In this document: in pieces, positions 8,196 through 16,583 of the stretch
Layout of the letters: each line of letters starts with the position of its first letter
Numbering within the stretch: the stretch's first letter is position 1
Made by a program: the position numbers and the translations under genes
Notes under the pieces: generated by a model
Databases searched by the model: none
What the model saw: only the letters and a program-made list of their open reading frames with translations
What the model was told of the DNA's origin: nothing
IMG/VR virus record: IMGVR_UViG_3300026825_000020
Location: 1-36,058 of that record
Direction: 5' to 3' (one strand)
Length of the DNA: 36,058 nucleotides
Source of the DNA: a virus
Taxonomy: Duplodnaviria; Caudoviricetes

Positions 8196-8838
8196 ACACG
8201 AATCCGCGCCGCTCCTGCCGAACAGACACGAGGCGGGCGGCGCCTGGCACTACCTCGACGCCAAGGGCCGTCTCGTTCCCGAGGCGCTCGTCCGGCCGCA
8301 GGACCAGCTGCGGGACGAGACCGTGCGCCGCATCATGGGCTACGCCGTCGCGCTCAGCGAACAGATGGCGCGCTTCAAGCAGCACACCTTCGACGACATC
8401 GGCGCGCTCGAGGCGGTCCTCGCCCAGGAGTACGGCGCGACGCTCGGCGGCGAGAAGGGCAACATGACGCTGACGAGCTTCGACGGCCGCTACAAGGTTC
8501 AGGTGCAGGTCGCCGACCGGATCGACTTCGGGCCCGAGCTGCAGATCGCCAAGGCGCTGGTGGACGAGTGCCTGAACGAGTGGGCCGCCGACGCGCGGCC
8601 CGAGATCCGCGCCATCGTCACCCGCGCCTTCAACACCGACAAGGCCGGTCAGATCAATCGCGCCGAGATCTTCATGCTGCTGCGCCTCGACATCGAGGAC
8701 GAGCGCTGGAAGCGCGCCATGAGCGCCGTGCGCGACGCGATGCAGGTCGTCGGCAGCCGGACCTACGTCCGCTGCTACCGCCGCGACACCCACGACGGCG
8801 CCTGGACGCCGGTCGTCCTCGATCTCGCCACCCTGTGA
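8185..8838 (+). CDS. DUF3164 family protein
   Basis: DAKGRLVP, GGEKGNMTLTSFDG, AKALVDECL..W, AF..DK.G motifs; usual in Mu-like early regions. Confidence 0.88.
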   Translation: MASEHESAPLLPNRHEAGGAWHYLDAKGRLVPEALVRPQDQLRDETVRRIMGYAVALSEQMARFKQHTFDDIGALEAVLAQEYGATLGGEKGNMTLTSFDGRYKVQVQVADRIDFGPELQIAKALVDECLNEWAADARPEIRAIVTRAFNTDKAGQINRAEIFMLLRLDIEDERWKRAMSAVRDAMQVVGSRTYVRCYRRDTHDGAWTPVVLDLATL

Positions 8839-8849
8839 GGAGTTCCCCG

Positions 8850-9164
8850 ATGCGACCCACGATGTTCGTTCTCTTCCTGCCGCTCGTCGCCGCGGCCTGC
8901 GGCGACGGCACCCTGCCGCCCCATCGCTGCCAGCCGGTGCGGGAGAGCGGCCAGCTCGTCCTGCCGGACGTGTGCGCGATCGAGATGCGGGGAGAAGACC
9001 CCGCCGTGCCGCGCGCGACGCCCTCGAAGCCGCCGGAGCCGGAGCCGGAGCCGGCACCGGAGCCAGGGCCGGACCCCGAGGTGCCGAAACCGGACCCCAA
9101 GCCCGAGCCGAAGCCCGAACCGCACCCGAAGCCGCCGGGCAAGGGCTGCGGGCGCGCGATCTGA
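8850..9164 (+). CDS. Putative lipoprotein with (EP)n/(KP)n proline-rich tail
   Basis: GAGGAG upstream; MRPTMFVLFLPLVAAA-C lipobox; PEPEPEPAPEP...KPDPKPEPKP. Confidence 0.7.
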   Translation: MRPTMFVLFLPLVAAACGDGTLPPHRCQPVRESGQLVLPDVCAIEMRGEDPAVPRATPSKPPEPEPEPAPEPGPDPEVPKPDPKPEPKPEPHPKPPGKGCGRAI

Positions 9165-9179
9165 CGCCGGCCGGTGCGA

Positions 9180-9202
9180 CCGGGGCGGCATGTCCGCCCC
9201 GG
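9180..9202 (+). other. Intergenic hairpin
   Basis: CCGGGGCGG-CATGT-CCGCCCCGG, perfect 9-bp stem. Confidence 0.5.
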
Positions 9203-9252
9203 GACGCCCCTTCACCGACCCGACCCGAACCCGTCTCGAAAGGAGCCTTCCC

Positions 9253-9471
9253 ATGAAGACCGTCATCGTCCTGCTCGTCTGCACCGCGAGCCCGCAGCCC
9301 TTCTGCACCGAGTACGCCATGGCGACCCCGGGCTGGGCCCAGTGCGTCGAGGCGCTCGAACAGCACGCCGTGCGCGTTCCGGAAGCCGGATGGTTGCAGC
9401 AGGTCGTCCTCGTCACCTGCGCCGAGGGGGAGCCCGGAGTCCGGGGCGTGTCTCTCCCGGAGCGTCCGTGA
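9253..9471 (+). CDS. Small Cys-containing hypothetical protein
   Basis: AAGGAG upstream; hydrophobic N-terminus MKTVIVLLVC; four Cys. Confidence 0.65.
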   Translation: MKTVIVLLVCTASPQPFCTEYAMATPGWAQCVEALEQHAVRVPEAGWLQQVVLVTCAEGEPGVRGVSLPERP

Positions 9472-9689
9472 GCGAGATGCACGAACGGCTGCGACGCCGG
9501 CTGCGCGACGCCTGCGACGAATGTATCGGCGCGGCGTCGCTGCTCGCGGCCGAGGTGGAGGCGGTCATTTCCGAGGGCGAGGCGCTCGGGGCAGAGCGCG
9601 CTGCCCTCGAGCGGCTGGTCGACGAGGAGATCGCGGCGATGCAGCGGCTGATCGGAGGATTGCAATGCGGTCGACCCTCCGGAGACTGA
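9468..9689 (+). CDS. Hypothetical helical protein
   Basis: GTGA overlap, GGAG upstream; coiled-coil-like composition. Confidence 0.55.
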   Translation: MSEMHERLRRRLRDACDECIGAASLLAAEVEAVISEGEALGAERAALERLVDEEIAAMQRLIGGLQCGRPSGD

Positions 9690-10117
9690 TCCACGTCGGC
9701 TGCCGCGATCTCGGTCTAGACGAGGACACGCGGCGGGATCTCCAGCGCGCCGTCACCGGCAAGGACAGCATGGCCGAGATGACCGAGGCCGAACTCGAGC
9801 GCGTGGTGGAAGAGCTCAAGCGCCGCGGGTTCCGGCCTCGTCGCAGGCAAGGCTTCGCGGGCCGCGCGCCGAGGGCGGACCTTCGCTACATCCATGTCCT
9901 CTGGCGTCTGCTGAACGAGGCGGGCGTCATCCACAAGCCCGGCCGGGACAGTCTGAACGCCTTCGTGCGGCTCCAGTTCGCCTCGAAGTGGAAGTCGGCA
10001 CCGATCGACGTGGACGCCTTGCGGGACCACGCTCAGATCGACGACGTGCTGCAGGCGCTCAAGGCCATGTGCCGCCGCGCGGGGATAGATCCGGCCGGCG
10101 GGAAGGTCGAGGAATGA
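9665..10117 (+). CDS. gemA: GemA / Mu gp16 (DUF1018) family protein
   Basis: IHVGCRDLGLDEDTRR...TGKDS..MTEAEL..V..EL..RGF signature; GGAGG upstream. Confidence 0.88.
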   Translation: MRSTLRRLIHVGCRDLGLDEDTRRDLQRAVTGKDSMAEMTEAELERVVEELKRRGFRPRRRQGFAGRAPRADLRYIHVLWRLLNEAGVIHKPGRDSLNAFVRLQFASKWKSAPIDVDALRDHAQIDDVLQALKAMCRRAGIDPAGGKVEE

Positions 10118-10509
10118 AGCGCCCGCGCGTCCATGTCACGGAACACGCGCTGCTCCGGTATCTCGAGCGCGTCCTGGGCCTCGACGTCGCGGCGCTGCGA
10201 CTCGAGATCGCGCGGACGGTCGACCGCGCGACCGAAGCCGGCGCCAGGGCCGTCACCGTCGCCGGCCACCGCTACGTGCTCGACTTCCGCGCCGACGGCG
10301 CGCCGATCGTCGTGACCGTGGAGCCCGCCGCCGAATGGGCGAACAAGCGCCGGTGCGGCCTGAGAACGGGCGGCGGGACGGAGGCCGAACCGGACACGTG
10401 CGCGGTGCCGGGCTGCGGCAACGCGGTCAGCGATCGTAACGAGACGGGCCTCTGCCAGATCCACGGCGGCCGCAGCCGCGGGCCGCAAAAGATGCGGCGC
10501 GCCGAATGA
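10114..10509 (+). CDS. Hypothetical protein with HALLRYLER motif and C-terminal C-x4-C...C-x2-H finger
   Basis: VTEHALLRYLERVLGLDV; CAVPGC...LCQIHGG. Confidence 0.7.
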   Translation: MKRPRVHVTEHALLRYLERVLGLDVAALRLEIARTVDRATEAGARAVTVAGHRYVLDFRADGAPIVVTVEPAAEWANKRRCGLRTGGGTEAEPDTCAVPGCGNAVSDRNETGLCQIHGGRSRGPQKMRRAE

Positions 10510-11072
10510 CCTGGCCGTTCGGACATCTCCGTCCCGGCCACTACGGCGCGATCCTGGCGGATCCGCCCTGGGCTACCGCGCTCTGGTCGGAGAGGGGTTA
10601 CGGTCGCGCGCCGGAGGCGCACTACCGGACGATGAGCGCCGAGGAGATCGCCGCGCTGCCGGTGGGAGAGCTGGCTGCCCGCGACTGCCTCCTCGTCCTG
10701 TGGGCGACATGGCCGTCGCTTGAGGTCGCTCTCCGCGTCATCGCGGCATGGGGCTTCGAGTACAAGACGGGTGGCGCCTGGGCGAAGCGGACGTCGGCCG
10801 GCACTGCCGCGATGGGTACCGGCTTCATCCTGCGGTCCGCGAGCGAGCCGTTCCTTCTCGCGACGCGCGGCCGCCCCGCGGTCGGCTCGCGCAGGCAGCG
10901 CAACCTGATCGACGCCCCGCGCCGCGAGCATTCGCGCAAGCCGGCCGAGATGCGCGACCTCCTGATGGCGCTGCGACCCGGCGTTCCCGTGGCCGAGCTC
11001 TTCGCGCGCGAGCCCTGGCCCGGCGCGGACGTGTGGGGCGACCAGACCGGCCGCTTCGGGCAGCGGGCATGA
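10506..11072 (+). CDS. MT-A70 family N6-adenine methyltransferase
   Basis: ILADPPW catalytic motif, HYRTM, WGFEYKT, EHSRKP, ELFAR, WGDQ. Confidence 0.92.
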   Translation: MTWPFGHLRPGHYGAILADPPWATALWSERGYGRAPEAHYRTMSAEEIAALPVGELAARDCLLVLWATWPSLEVALRVIAAWGFEYKTGGAWAKRTSAGTAAMGTGFILRSASEPFLLATRGRPAVGSRRQRNLIDAPRREHSRKPAEMRDLLMALRPGVPVAELFAREPWPGADVWGDQTGRFGQRA

Positions 11073-11464
11073 CCGGCGGCGACCTCCCCAAACCCCCGGC
11101 GCACCTGGAACCCTACGTCCGGGTACTCGGCCACGACGGCGCGGTCGAGTTCCTGCTCGAGTTCGGCGGAGCGGAACTCTACCTCTCGCGCAGCCCCTCC
11201 GGCCGGTCGCGGCTCGCCCGCCGGTTCGGCAAGCGCAAGGCAGCCGAACTGGCGGCCGCCGCGGAGCTGCTGCCCGCCCGAGTCCCGACCGGGAAGCCGT
11301 TCATCGCCCGCGTGCTACGGGCGCGGGGCTTGCCGGTCGCCGAAATCGCGCGCAGACTGCACGTCAGCGACGTCCAGGTACGCAAGTACCTCTCCGGTTC
11401 GGGCGAGAAGGGCGGGAGCGGCTGCGGCCGCTCCGAGGATCCCCGGCAGAAGTCCCTGTTCTGA
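11069..11464 (+). CDS. Mor/C-like late transcription activator
   Basis: FLLEFGGAELY dimerisation motif and C-terminal HTH (VAEIARRLHVSDVQVRKYL); last gene before lysis. Confidence 0.8.
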   Translation: MTGGDLPKPPAHLEPYVRVLGHDGAVEFLLEFGGAELYLSRSPSGRSRLARRFGKRKAAELAAAAELLPARVPTGKPFIARVLRARGLPVAEIARRLHVSDVQVRKYLSGSGEKGGSGCGRSEDPRQKSLF

Positions 11465-11473
11465 AGCGCACCG

Positions 11474-11496
11474 CCCCGCAATCCCTTGCGGGTGTT
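11474..11496 (+). promoter_or_regulatory. Putative late-activator binding site 1 (lysis promoter)
   Basis: CCCCGCAATCCCTTGCGGGTGTT containing dyad CCCGCAA-N4-TTGCGGG; 22/23 identical to 20551-20573. Confidence 0.75.
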
Positions 11497-11555
11497 ATGG
11501 CGCGCTGCGGCGGCGCACTCTGGGGCTATCCGCCTTGCCGCCTGGGACATCACGC

Positions 11556-12470
11556 ATGACCGCCGCCACCTCCACCAGCCCGATGGGCGTGGATTTCCTC
11601 GAACGCCACGAAGGCGTGGTGCTGAAGGCCTATCGCTGCCCGGCCGGCGTATGGACGATCGGCGCCGGGCTCACGAAGGCGTCAGGGGTCGTCGTCCCCG
11701 GCCCGGGGATGCGCATCACCAGGGACGAGGCCTCCCGACTCCTGAAGGCCGCGCTCGCGCGCAACTACGAGCCGAGGGTGCGTGCCGCGATGCCCGGCGC
11801 GAGCCAGCGGGAGTTCGACGGAGCCGTCAGCTTCGACTTCAACACCGGCGCGATCCACAGGGCGAGCTGGGTGGCGTCGTGGAAGGCGCGCGACTGGGTC
11901 GAGGTGCGCCGCAGGCTCCTTCTCTGGACGAAGGGCGGCGGCAAGGTTCTGCCGGGGCTGGTGCGCCGGCGCCAGGAGGAGTTCGAGCTGATGCACCTCG
12001 GCCGCTACGGCGGCCAGCTCGCCCGTCCCGTGCGGGAGGGATCGGTTGCCGCCCGGCTGGCGCTCGACCTGAGCCCTGCCGAGATCGAGGAGGTCCGCCG
12101 CGGCCTTTCGGCGCTCGGCTACCAGCCGGGCGAGCGCGCGGGGGAGATCGCGGCCGACGCTGTGCGCCGGTTCCAGCGCGACCACGATCTTACGATCGAC
12201 GGAGTGCTCGGCCGCGCCACGCTGTCGACGCTGCAGCGCCGGCTCGACGTTCGCCGCAAGGCGGCAGCTCCTGCCGCGGCCGCGGCCGGCGGCGCGGCGG
12301 GGGCCGCCGTACCCGAGGCCTCTGGCCTGCCGGACTGGGCCGCAACGCTCGTCCTGGCCGTCGCGGCCCTCTGGGCCCTCCGGCTGGCCTGGGTCTACCG
12401 CGACGTCATCGCCGCCAAGGTGCAGGGCGCGTTCCCGGCCGTCGCGGCCAGGCTGAGGAGTATCAGATGA
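11556..12470 (+). CDS. Endolysin: GH24 lysozyme plus peptidoglycan-binding domain plus C-terminal TM segment
   Basis: HEG...AYRCPAGVWTIG (E-x8-C-x5-T triad), FNTGA, GLVRRRQEE; AVRRFQRDHDLTIDGVLGRAT PG-binding motif; hydrophobic C-terminus. Confidence 0.9.
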   Translation: MTAATSTSPMGVDFLERHEGVVLKAYRCPAGVWTIGAGLTKASGVVVPGPGMRITRDEASRLLKAALARNYEPRVRAAMPGASQREFDGAVSFDFNTGAIHRASWVASWKARDWVEVRRRLLLWTKGGGKVLPGLVRRRQEEFELMHLGRYGGQLARPVREGSVAARLALDLSPAEIEEVRRGLSALGYQPGERAGEIAADAVRRFQRDHDLTIDGVLGRATLSTLQRRLDVRRKAAAPAAAAAGGAAGAAVPEASGLPDWAATLVLAVAALWALRLAWVYRDVIAAKVQGAFPAVAARLRSIR

Positions 12471-12766
12471 GACTGCAGATCGCCGCGGCGCTTGCCGCGA
12501 TCCACGCCGCATGGCCGGCCGCGGCGCAGGCGCCCTGCGCGCCGCACGCGGATGTCCTCGCCTTCCTCCACGAACGCTGGAGCGAGGGGCGGGTCGGCCT
12601 GGGACTGGGCAACAACGGGCGGGTCGTCGAGCTCTTCGTCTCCGAGGCGAGCGGAACCTGGACCATCGTCGCCACCGACGCGGAGGGGCAGGCCTGCCTC
12701 CTTGCCGCCGGGCAGGGGTGGGAGGCGCTAGACGACGGCCTGCCGCCTTCGGGCAAGGACGGCTGA
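12467..12766 (+). CDS. Secreted two-Cys protein in lysis cassette
   Basis: GAGGAG upstream; signal peptide ending AAA; C...SGTWTI...G.ACLLAAG..W. Confidence 0.75.
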   Translation: MRLQIAAALAAIHAAWPAAAQAPCAPHADVLAFLHERWSEGRVGLGLGNNGRVVELFVSEASGTWTIVATDAEGQACLLAAGQGWEALDDGLPPSGKDG

Positions 12767-12767
12767 C

Positions 12768-13283
12768 ATGAGCGCCGCACTCATCTCCGTCGCCACGCAG
12801 ATCGGGGCGCCGCTCGTGCGCGACATCCTCGCCCGGAAGATCGGCCGCGAGAACGCGCAGCTCGCCGAGACGGTCGTCAAGGCGGTGGCCGACCGCGCCG
12901 GACTCTCGCCAGATGCGCTCGATGCGGCTTCGCGGGACGAACGCGCCCGCCAGGTGGAGGACGCGGTCCGCGAGGTCGAAGGCAGCCTCGCCCCCGAGCT
13001 CGTCGCCCTCTACGAGGCCGAGATCGACGCCCGCCTGAGGGTGTTCGAGTTGGAGGGACGCGAGCCGGCCTTCGCGAGACTGTGGCGGCCGATGGGCATG
13101 TACTTCACCTTCCTGCTCTGGGGCTGGAACGTGATGCTGCTCCACGTCGCGAACGCCTTCTGGCGCATCGCGCTGCCGCCCGCGCCCTGGGACGTGCTGC
13201 TCGCCTGGACGGGGCTCTACCTGTCGCTCTACATGGGCGGCCACACCGTCAAGGCCGTGGCAGAGACCTGGAGCCGCAAGTGA
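12768..13283 (+). CDS. Holin-like membrane protein (3TM/GTA-type)
   Basis: WRPMGMY followed by two hydrophobic helices and YMGGHTVK; lies in the lysis cassette. Confidence 0.65.
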   Translation: MSAALISVATQIGAPLVRDILARKIGRENAQLAETVVKAVADRAGLSPDALDAASRDERARQVEDAVREVEGSLAPELVALYEAEIDARLRVFELEGREPAFARLWRPMGMYFTFLLWGWNVMLLHVANAFWRIALPPAPWDVLLAWTGLYLSLYMGGHTVKAVAETWSRK

Positions 13284-13636
13284 CGCCGGAGCAGGTCACC
13301 GTCGACGCGATCGTCGCCTGGGTGGCGGCGCTCGCGCTGCTCCTGTCCTTCGGGTCGACGCTCTGGACGCTGCTCAACTCCGGCGCGCGCCGGAACGCCT
13401 CGCGGCTCGACGAGCACACCGGCCGGCTCGACCGGCACGAGGCACGCCTCCAGGGCGTGGAACAGACGCTCCGGAGCCTGCCGGGATCGGCCGACATCCA
13501 CAAGCTGGAACTCGCGTTGGCGGAGATGAACGGCAAGCTCGGGATCATCGCAGCCCAGCAGGAAGGCTCGAACCAGATCATGCGGCGGCTGGAGACGATG
13601 GTCGGGCGCCACGACGAACACCTGAAGAGCAAGTGA
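13280..13636 (+). CDS. DUF2730-like protein (Mu gp25-like): N-terminal TM plus coiled coil
   Basis: GTGA overlap; TM helix then RLQGVEQTLRSLP...IHKLEL. Confidence 0.75.
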   Translation: MTPEQVTVDAIVAWVAALALLLSFGSTLWTLLNSGARRNASRLDEHTGRLDRHEARLQGVEQTLRSLPGSADIHKLELALAEMNGKLGIIAAQQEGSNQIMRRLETMVGRHDEHLKSK

Positions 13637-13935
13637 TGAGCGACTACCTCGAGCGCCTCAGGCGCGACGCCCGCATCCTGATCCTGCAGCTGCTCGAGGA
13701 CGCGCCGCGCTACACCTCGAACGGCCATATGCTGCGTGCGCTCCTCGACGAGTGGGGGATCGTGTTCACGACCGACCAGGTCGAGGGCGAGATCGCCTGG
13801 CTCGCCGAGCAGGGCCTCGTCGTTGCGGAGCGGCACGGGACGCTGACGGTGCTGACGGCGACGGCCCGCGGCCTGGAAGTCGCCCAGGGCATCGCCCGGC
13901 ATCCCGGGATCGAGCGTCCAAAGCCGAGGATCTGA
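13636..13935 (+). CDS. Mu gp26-like winged-helix protein
   Basis: RILILQLL...YTSN...WLAEQGLV...TARGLEVAQG...PGIERP; position before gp27. Confidence 0.8.
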   Translation: MSDYLERLRRDARILILQLLEDAPRYTSNGHMLRALLDEWGIVFTTDQVEGEIAWLAEQGLVVAERHGTLTVLTATARGLEVAQGIARHPGIERPKPRI

Positions 13936-13937
13936 CC

Positions 13938-14474
13938 ATGCCGCCCGTGAGGAAGATCGACCTCGTGCCCGGTGAGCTTCGCGACCGTCTGCGCAGGGCG
14001 CTCGAGGAGCGCGGGTTCGGAGACATCGTCGCGGTCACGGAGGAGCTCAATGCCTGGCTTGCGGCGGACGGGCTCGAGCTGAGGATCGGCAAGAGCGCCG
14101 TCGGGGAGTTCTCGAAGCTGCTCAAGGACCAGCGCGAGGCGTTCTCGATCGCGTCGGCGGTCCTGGCCGAGACGGACATCGACGCCGAAAGCGAGCTGCA
14201 CAGGGTGCTCATGCAGATGATCGGCGCCTCGGCCGTCCATCTCATCCGCGCGATCCGGGAGGACGAAGGGCAGATCGACGCGAAGGACCTGCACTTCCTG
14301 AGCCGGATGCTGAAGGACCTGATGAGCTCTGCGGGCATTCGGGAGAAGCTCCTCGAGGATGAGCGCAGGCGACTCGAGAAGGCGCAGGCGGCGCGCCTCG
14401 AGGCGGCTGTGGCGAAAGGCGATCTCGATGCCGAGGCGGCGGATCGCGCCCGGCGCATCCTGGGCTTCGCATGA
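13938..14474 (+). CDS. DUF3486 / Mu gp27-like protein (probable small terminase)
   Basis: KIDLVP.ELR..L, IGKSAVG, C-terminal RRILGFA; GAGGA upstream. Confidence 0.8.
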   Translation: MPPVRKIDLVPGELRDRLRRALEERGFGDIVAVTEELNAWLAADGLELRIGKSAVGEFSKLLKDQREAFSIASAVLAETDIDAESELHRVLMQMIGASAVHLIRAIREDEGQIDAKDLHFLSRMLKDLMSSAGIREKLLEDERRRLEKAQAARLEAAVAKGDLDAEAADRARRILGFA

Positions 14475-14665
14475 CCGGCGCTGCGTCCGGCATCGAGACC
14501 GGCCGGCGCGTCCTCCTCGCCGATCGCTGCTCGCGCGAGCGGCGCCTCGGCCATCTCGCCGCCTGGCTCCTCGGCCGGCGCGAGCGCCTCGAGCACCTCG
14601 GCTGGCGCTTCACGCTCGCCCGCTTCCTCGGGCGCGACTACCTCGTGAGGATCGAACCCCCGTGA
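14471..14665 (+). CDS. Hypothetical protein (64 aa)
   Basis: ATGA and GTGA overlaps on both sides. Confidence 0.55.
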   Translation: MTGAASGIETGRRVLLADRCSRERRLGHLAAWLLGRRERLEHLGWRFTLARFLGRDYLVRIEPP

Positions 14666-15150
14666 CGGAGCAGAGACAGATCCCCCTTCCCGAGGCGGAG
14701 CGGCAGCGCATCGCGGCCGCCTACGGCGCGGTCTCCGTTCCTGCGACGGTGACGCTTGTGCCGCGCGGACGCTCCGGAATCGGCTGGGGCGCCGGGGCCG
14801 ATCCAGGCGCCCCGGCCGCGAAGAAGCGGTTCACCTTCGGCCGGAAGCCCTCGCGCGCGGTCGAGGTGCGCCGGAACAAGGTGGCCGAGCTCGCGCATTC
14901 GGGCCTCGGTCCGACCGCGATCGCGCGCCGGCTGGACCTGCCGCTCCACATCGTTTCTGCCGACTACCTGAGGCTCGGCCTGCCCAGGCGCAAGAACGCC
15001 GCCCCGCCGGAGCTCGCCGCGCGCCGCGCGCGCGTGCTGGAGCTTCTCCGGGAAGGGCGGTCCCAGGCCCAGATCGCGGCCGAGCTCGGAGTACCCGCGA
15101 CGACCGTGCTGAGCGACCTGCGGGCGCTGAAACGCGAGGGGCTGACGTGA
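14662..15150 (+). CDS. Tandem-HTH protein
   Basis: GTG start with GAGGA upstream; GLGPTAIARRLDLPLHIVSAD and GRSQAQIAAELGVPATTVLSDL. Confidence 0.7.
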   Translation: MTEQRQIPLPEAERQRIAAAYGAVSVPATVTLVPRGRSGIGWGAGADPGAPAAKKRFTFGRKPSRAVEVRRNKVAELAHSGLGPTAIARRLDLPLHIVSADYLRLGLPRRKNAAPPELAARRARVLELLREGRSQAQIAAELGVPATTVLSDLRALKREGLT

Positions 15151-16583
15151 TCGCGCCGGTCGTCAGCTTCCTGCCCTATCAGCGCGCCTGGATCGAGGAC
15201 AGAAGCCGCTTCAAGATCGGGATGTTCGCCCGGCAGACGGGCAAGACCTTCACGACCTGCGGAGAGTGCGTCGACGACTGCTTCCGCGCCTGGGCCGAGG
15301 ACCGGCGCGTGCGCTGGGTGATCCTGTCGCGCGGGGAACGCCAGGCCGCCGAGGCGATGACCGAGGTCGTCAAGCCGTTCACGAAGGCGTTCTACGAGGT
15401 CTACAACACCCTCGTTAAGGGCGGCGAACCGCGCTTCGAGGAGGCCGAGTTCAGATCGCCGCGGGAACGGGGACCGGACGCCGCCTACAAGGCGCTCGAG
15501 GTCGCCTTTCCGAACGGCAGCCGGATCACCGCGCTTCCGGCCAACCCCGACACGGCGCGCGGCTTTTCGGCCAACGTGATCCTCGACGAGTTCGCGTTCC
15601 ACCAGCAGAGCCGCCAGATCTGGGCCGCGCTCTTCCCGGTGATCTCGAAGGGCGACCAGAAGCTGAGGGTGATCTCGACCCCGAACGGCAAGGGCAACAA
15701 GTTCTATGAGCTCATGACGGCGGAGCGCTCGGTCTGGTCGCGCCACGTCGTCGACATCCACGAGGCGGTCCGGCAGGGCCTGGACAGGGACATCGAGATG
15801 CTGCGCGCCGGCATGGCGGACGAGGACGCCTGGGCGCAGGAATACGAGCTCAGGTGGCTCGACGAGGCTGCGGCCTGGCTCGACTACGACCTGATCGGCG
15901 CCGTCGAGAGCCCGGAAGCGGGCGACCCCGGCGGCTACCAGGGCGGGCATTGCTTCGTCGGCGTCGACATCGCCGCGCGCAACGACCTCTTCGTCATCTG
16001 GGTTCTGGAGCTCGTGGGCGACGTGCTCTGGACCCGCGAGATCGTCGCACGCCGCAGGATCAGCTTCGCCGAGCAGGACGCCCTGCTCGACGAGGTCTTC
16101 GCGCGCTACCGGGTCGTCCGCTGCGCCATGGACCAGACCGGCATGGGCGAGAAGCCGGTCGAGGACACGCGACGGCGCCACGGCACCGCGAGGGTGGAGG
16201 GCGTCCTGTTCTCGCCGGCGGCGAAACTCGACCTCGCGACCGAGCTCAAGGAGCGGTTCCAGGACAGACGGATCCGCATTCCGGCCGGCGATCCCGTGTT
16301 GCGTGCCGACCTCCATGCGGTGCGGAGCCGCGTCGGCCCGACGGGACAGCGCCGCCTCGTGGCCGACGGCGACACCGACGGCCACGCGGACCGGTTCTGG
16401 GCTGCGGCCCTCGCCGCCTCGGCCGCCCGCACGGCCTATCAGCCCTACGAGTACCGCGGCGCCGCGCCCTTCGGGGCCGCCCGGGAGCCGGGCCGGTTAT
16501 CGATGACGCCCGCGCGCGAGGGGCCTGGCCTCTATCGTCCGCCGCTCGGTGCGGCAATCAGGGGGGGGGCTCTAGATGGGTAG
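15147..16583 (+). CDS. Terminase large subunit (Mu gp28-like)
   Basis: LPYQ, Walker A ARQTGKT, Walker B VILDEFA, ISTPNG, nuclease motifs GVDIA and HADRFWA. Confidence 0.95.
   Translation: MIAPVVSFLPYQRAWIEDRSRFKIGMFARQTGKTFTTCGECVDDCFRAWAEDRRVRWVILSRGERQAAEAMTEVVKPFTKAFYEVYNTLVKGGEPRFEEAEFRSPRERGPDAAYKALEVAFPNGSRITALPANPDTARGFSANVILDEFAFHQQSRQIWAALFPVISKGDQKLRVISTPNGKGNKFYELMTAERSVWSRHVVDIHEAVRQGLDRDIEMLRAGMADEDAWAQEYELRWLDEAAAWLDYDLIGAVESPEAGDPGGYQGGHCFVGVDIAARNDLFVIWVLELVGDVLWTREIVARRRISFAEQDALLDEVFARYRVVRCAMDQTGMGEKPVEDTRRRHGTARVEGVLFSPAAKLDLATELKERFQDRRIRIPAGDPVLRADLHAVRSRVGPTGQRRLVADGDTDGHADRFWAAALAASAARTAYQPYEYRGAAPFGAAREPGRLSMTPAREGPGLYRPPLGAAIRGGALDG

Noticed and set aside
16561-16569. 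G9 tract at the terminase/portal junction as a phase-variation or fusion switch
   Set aside because: Losing one G hits TAG at 16573 and gaining one ends at 16636, so there is no terminase-portal fusion and only the tail changes. It probably serves as the portal ribosome-binding site.
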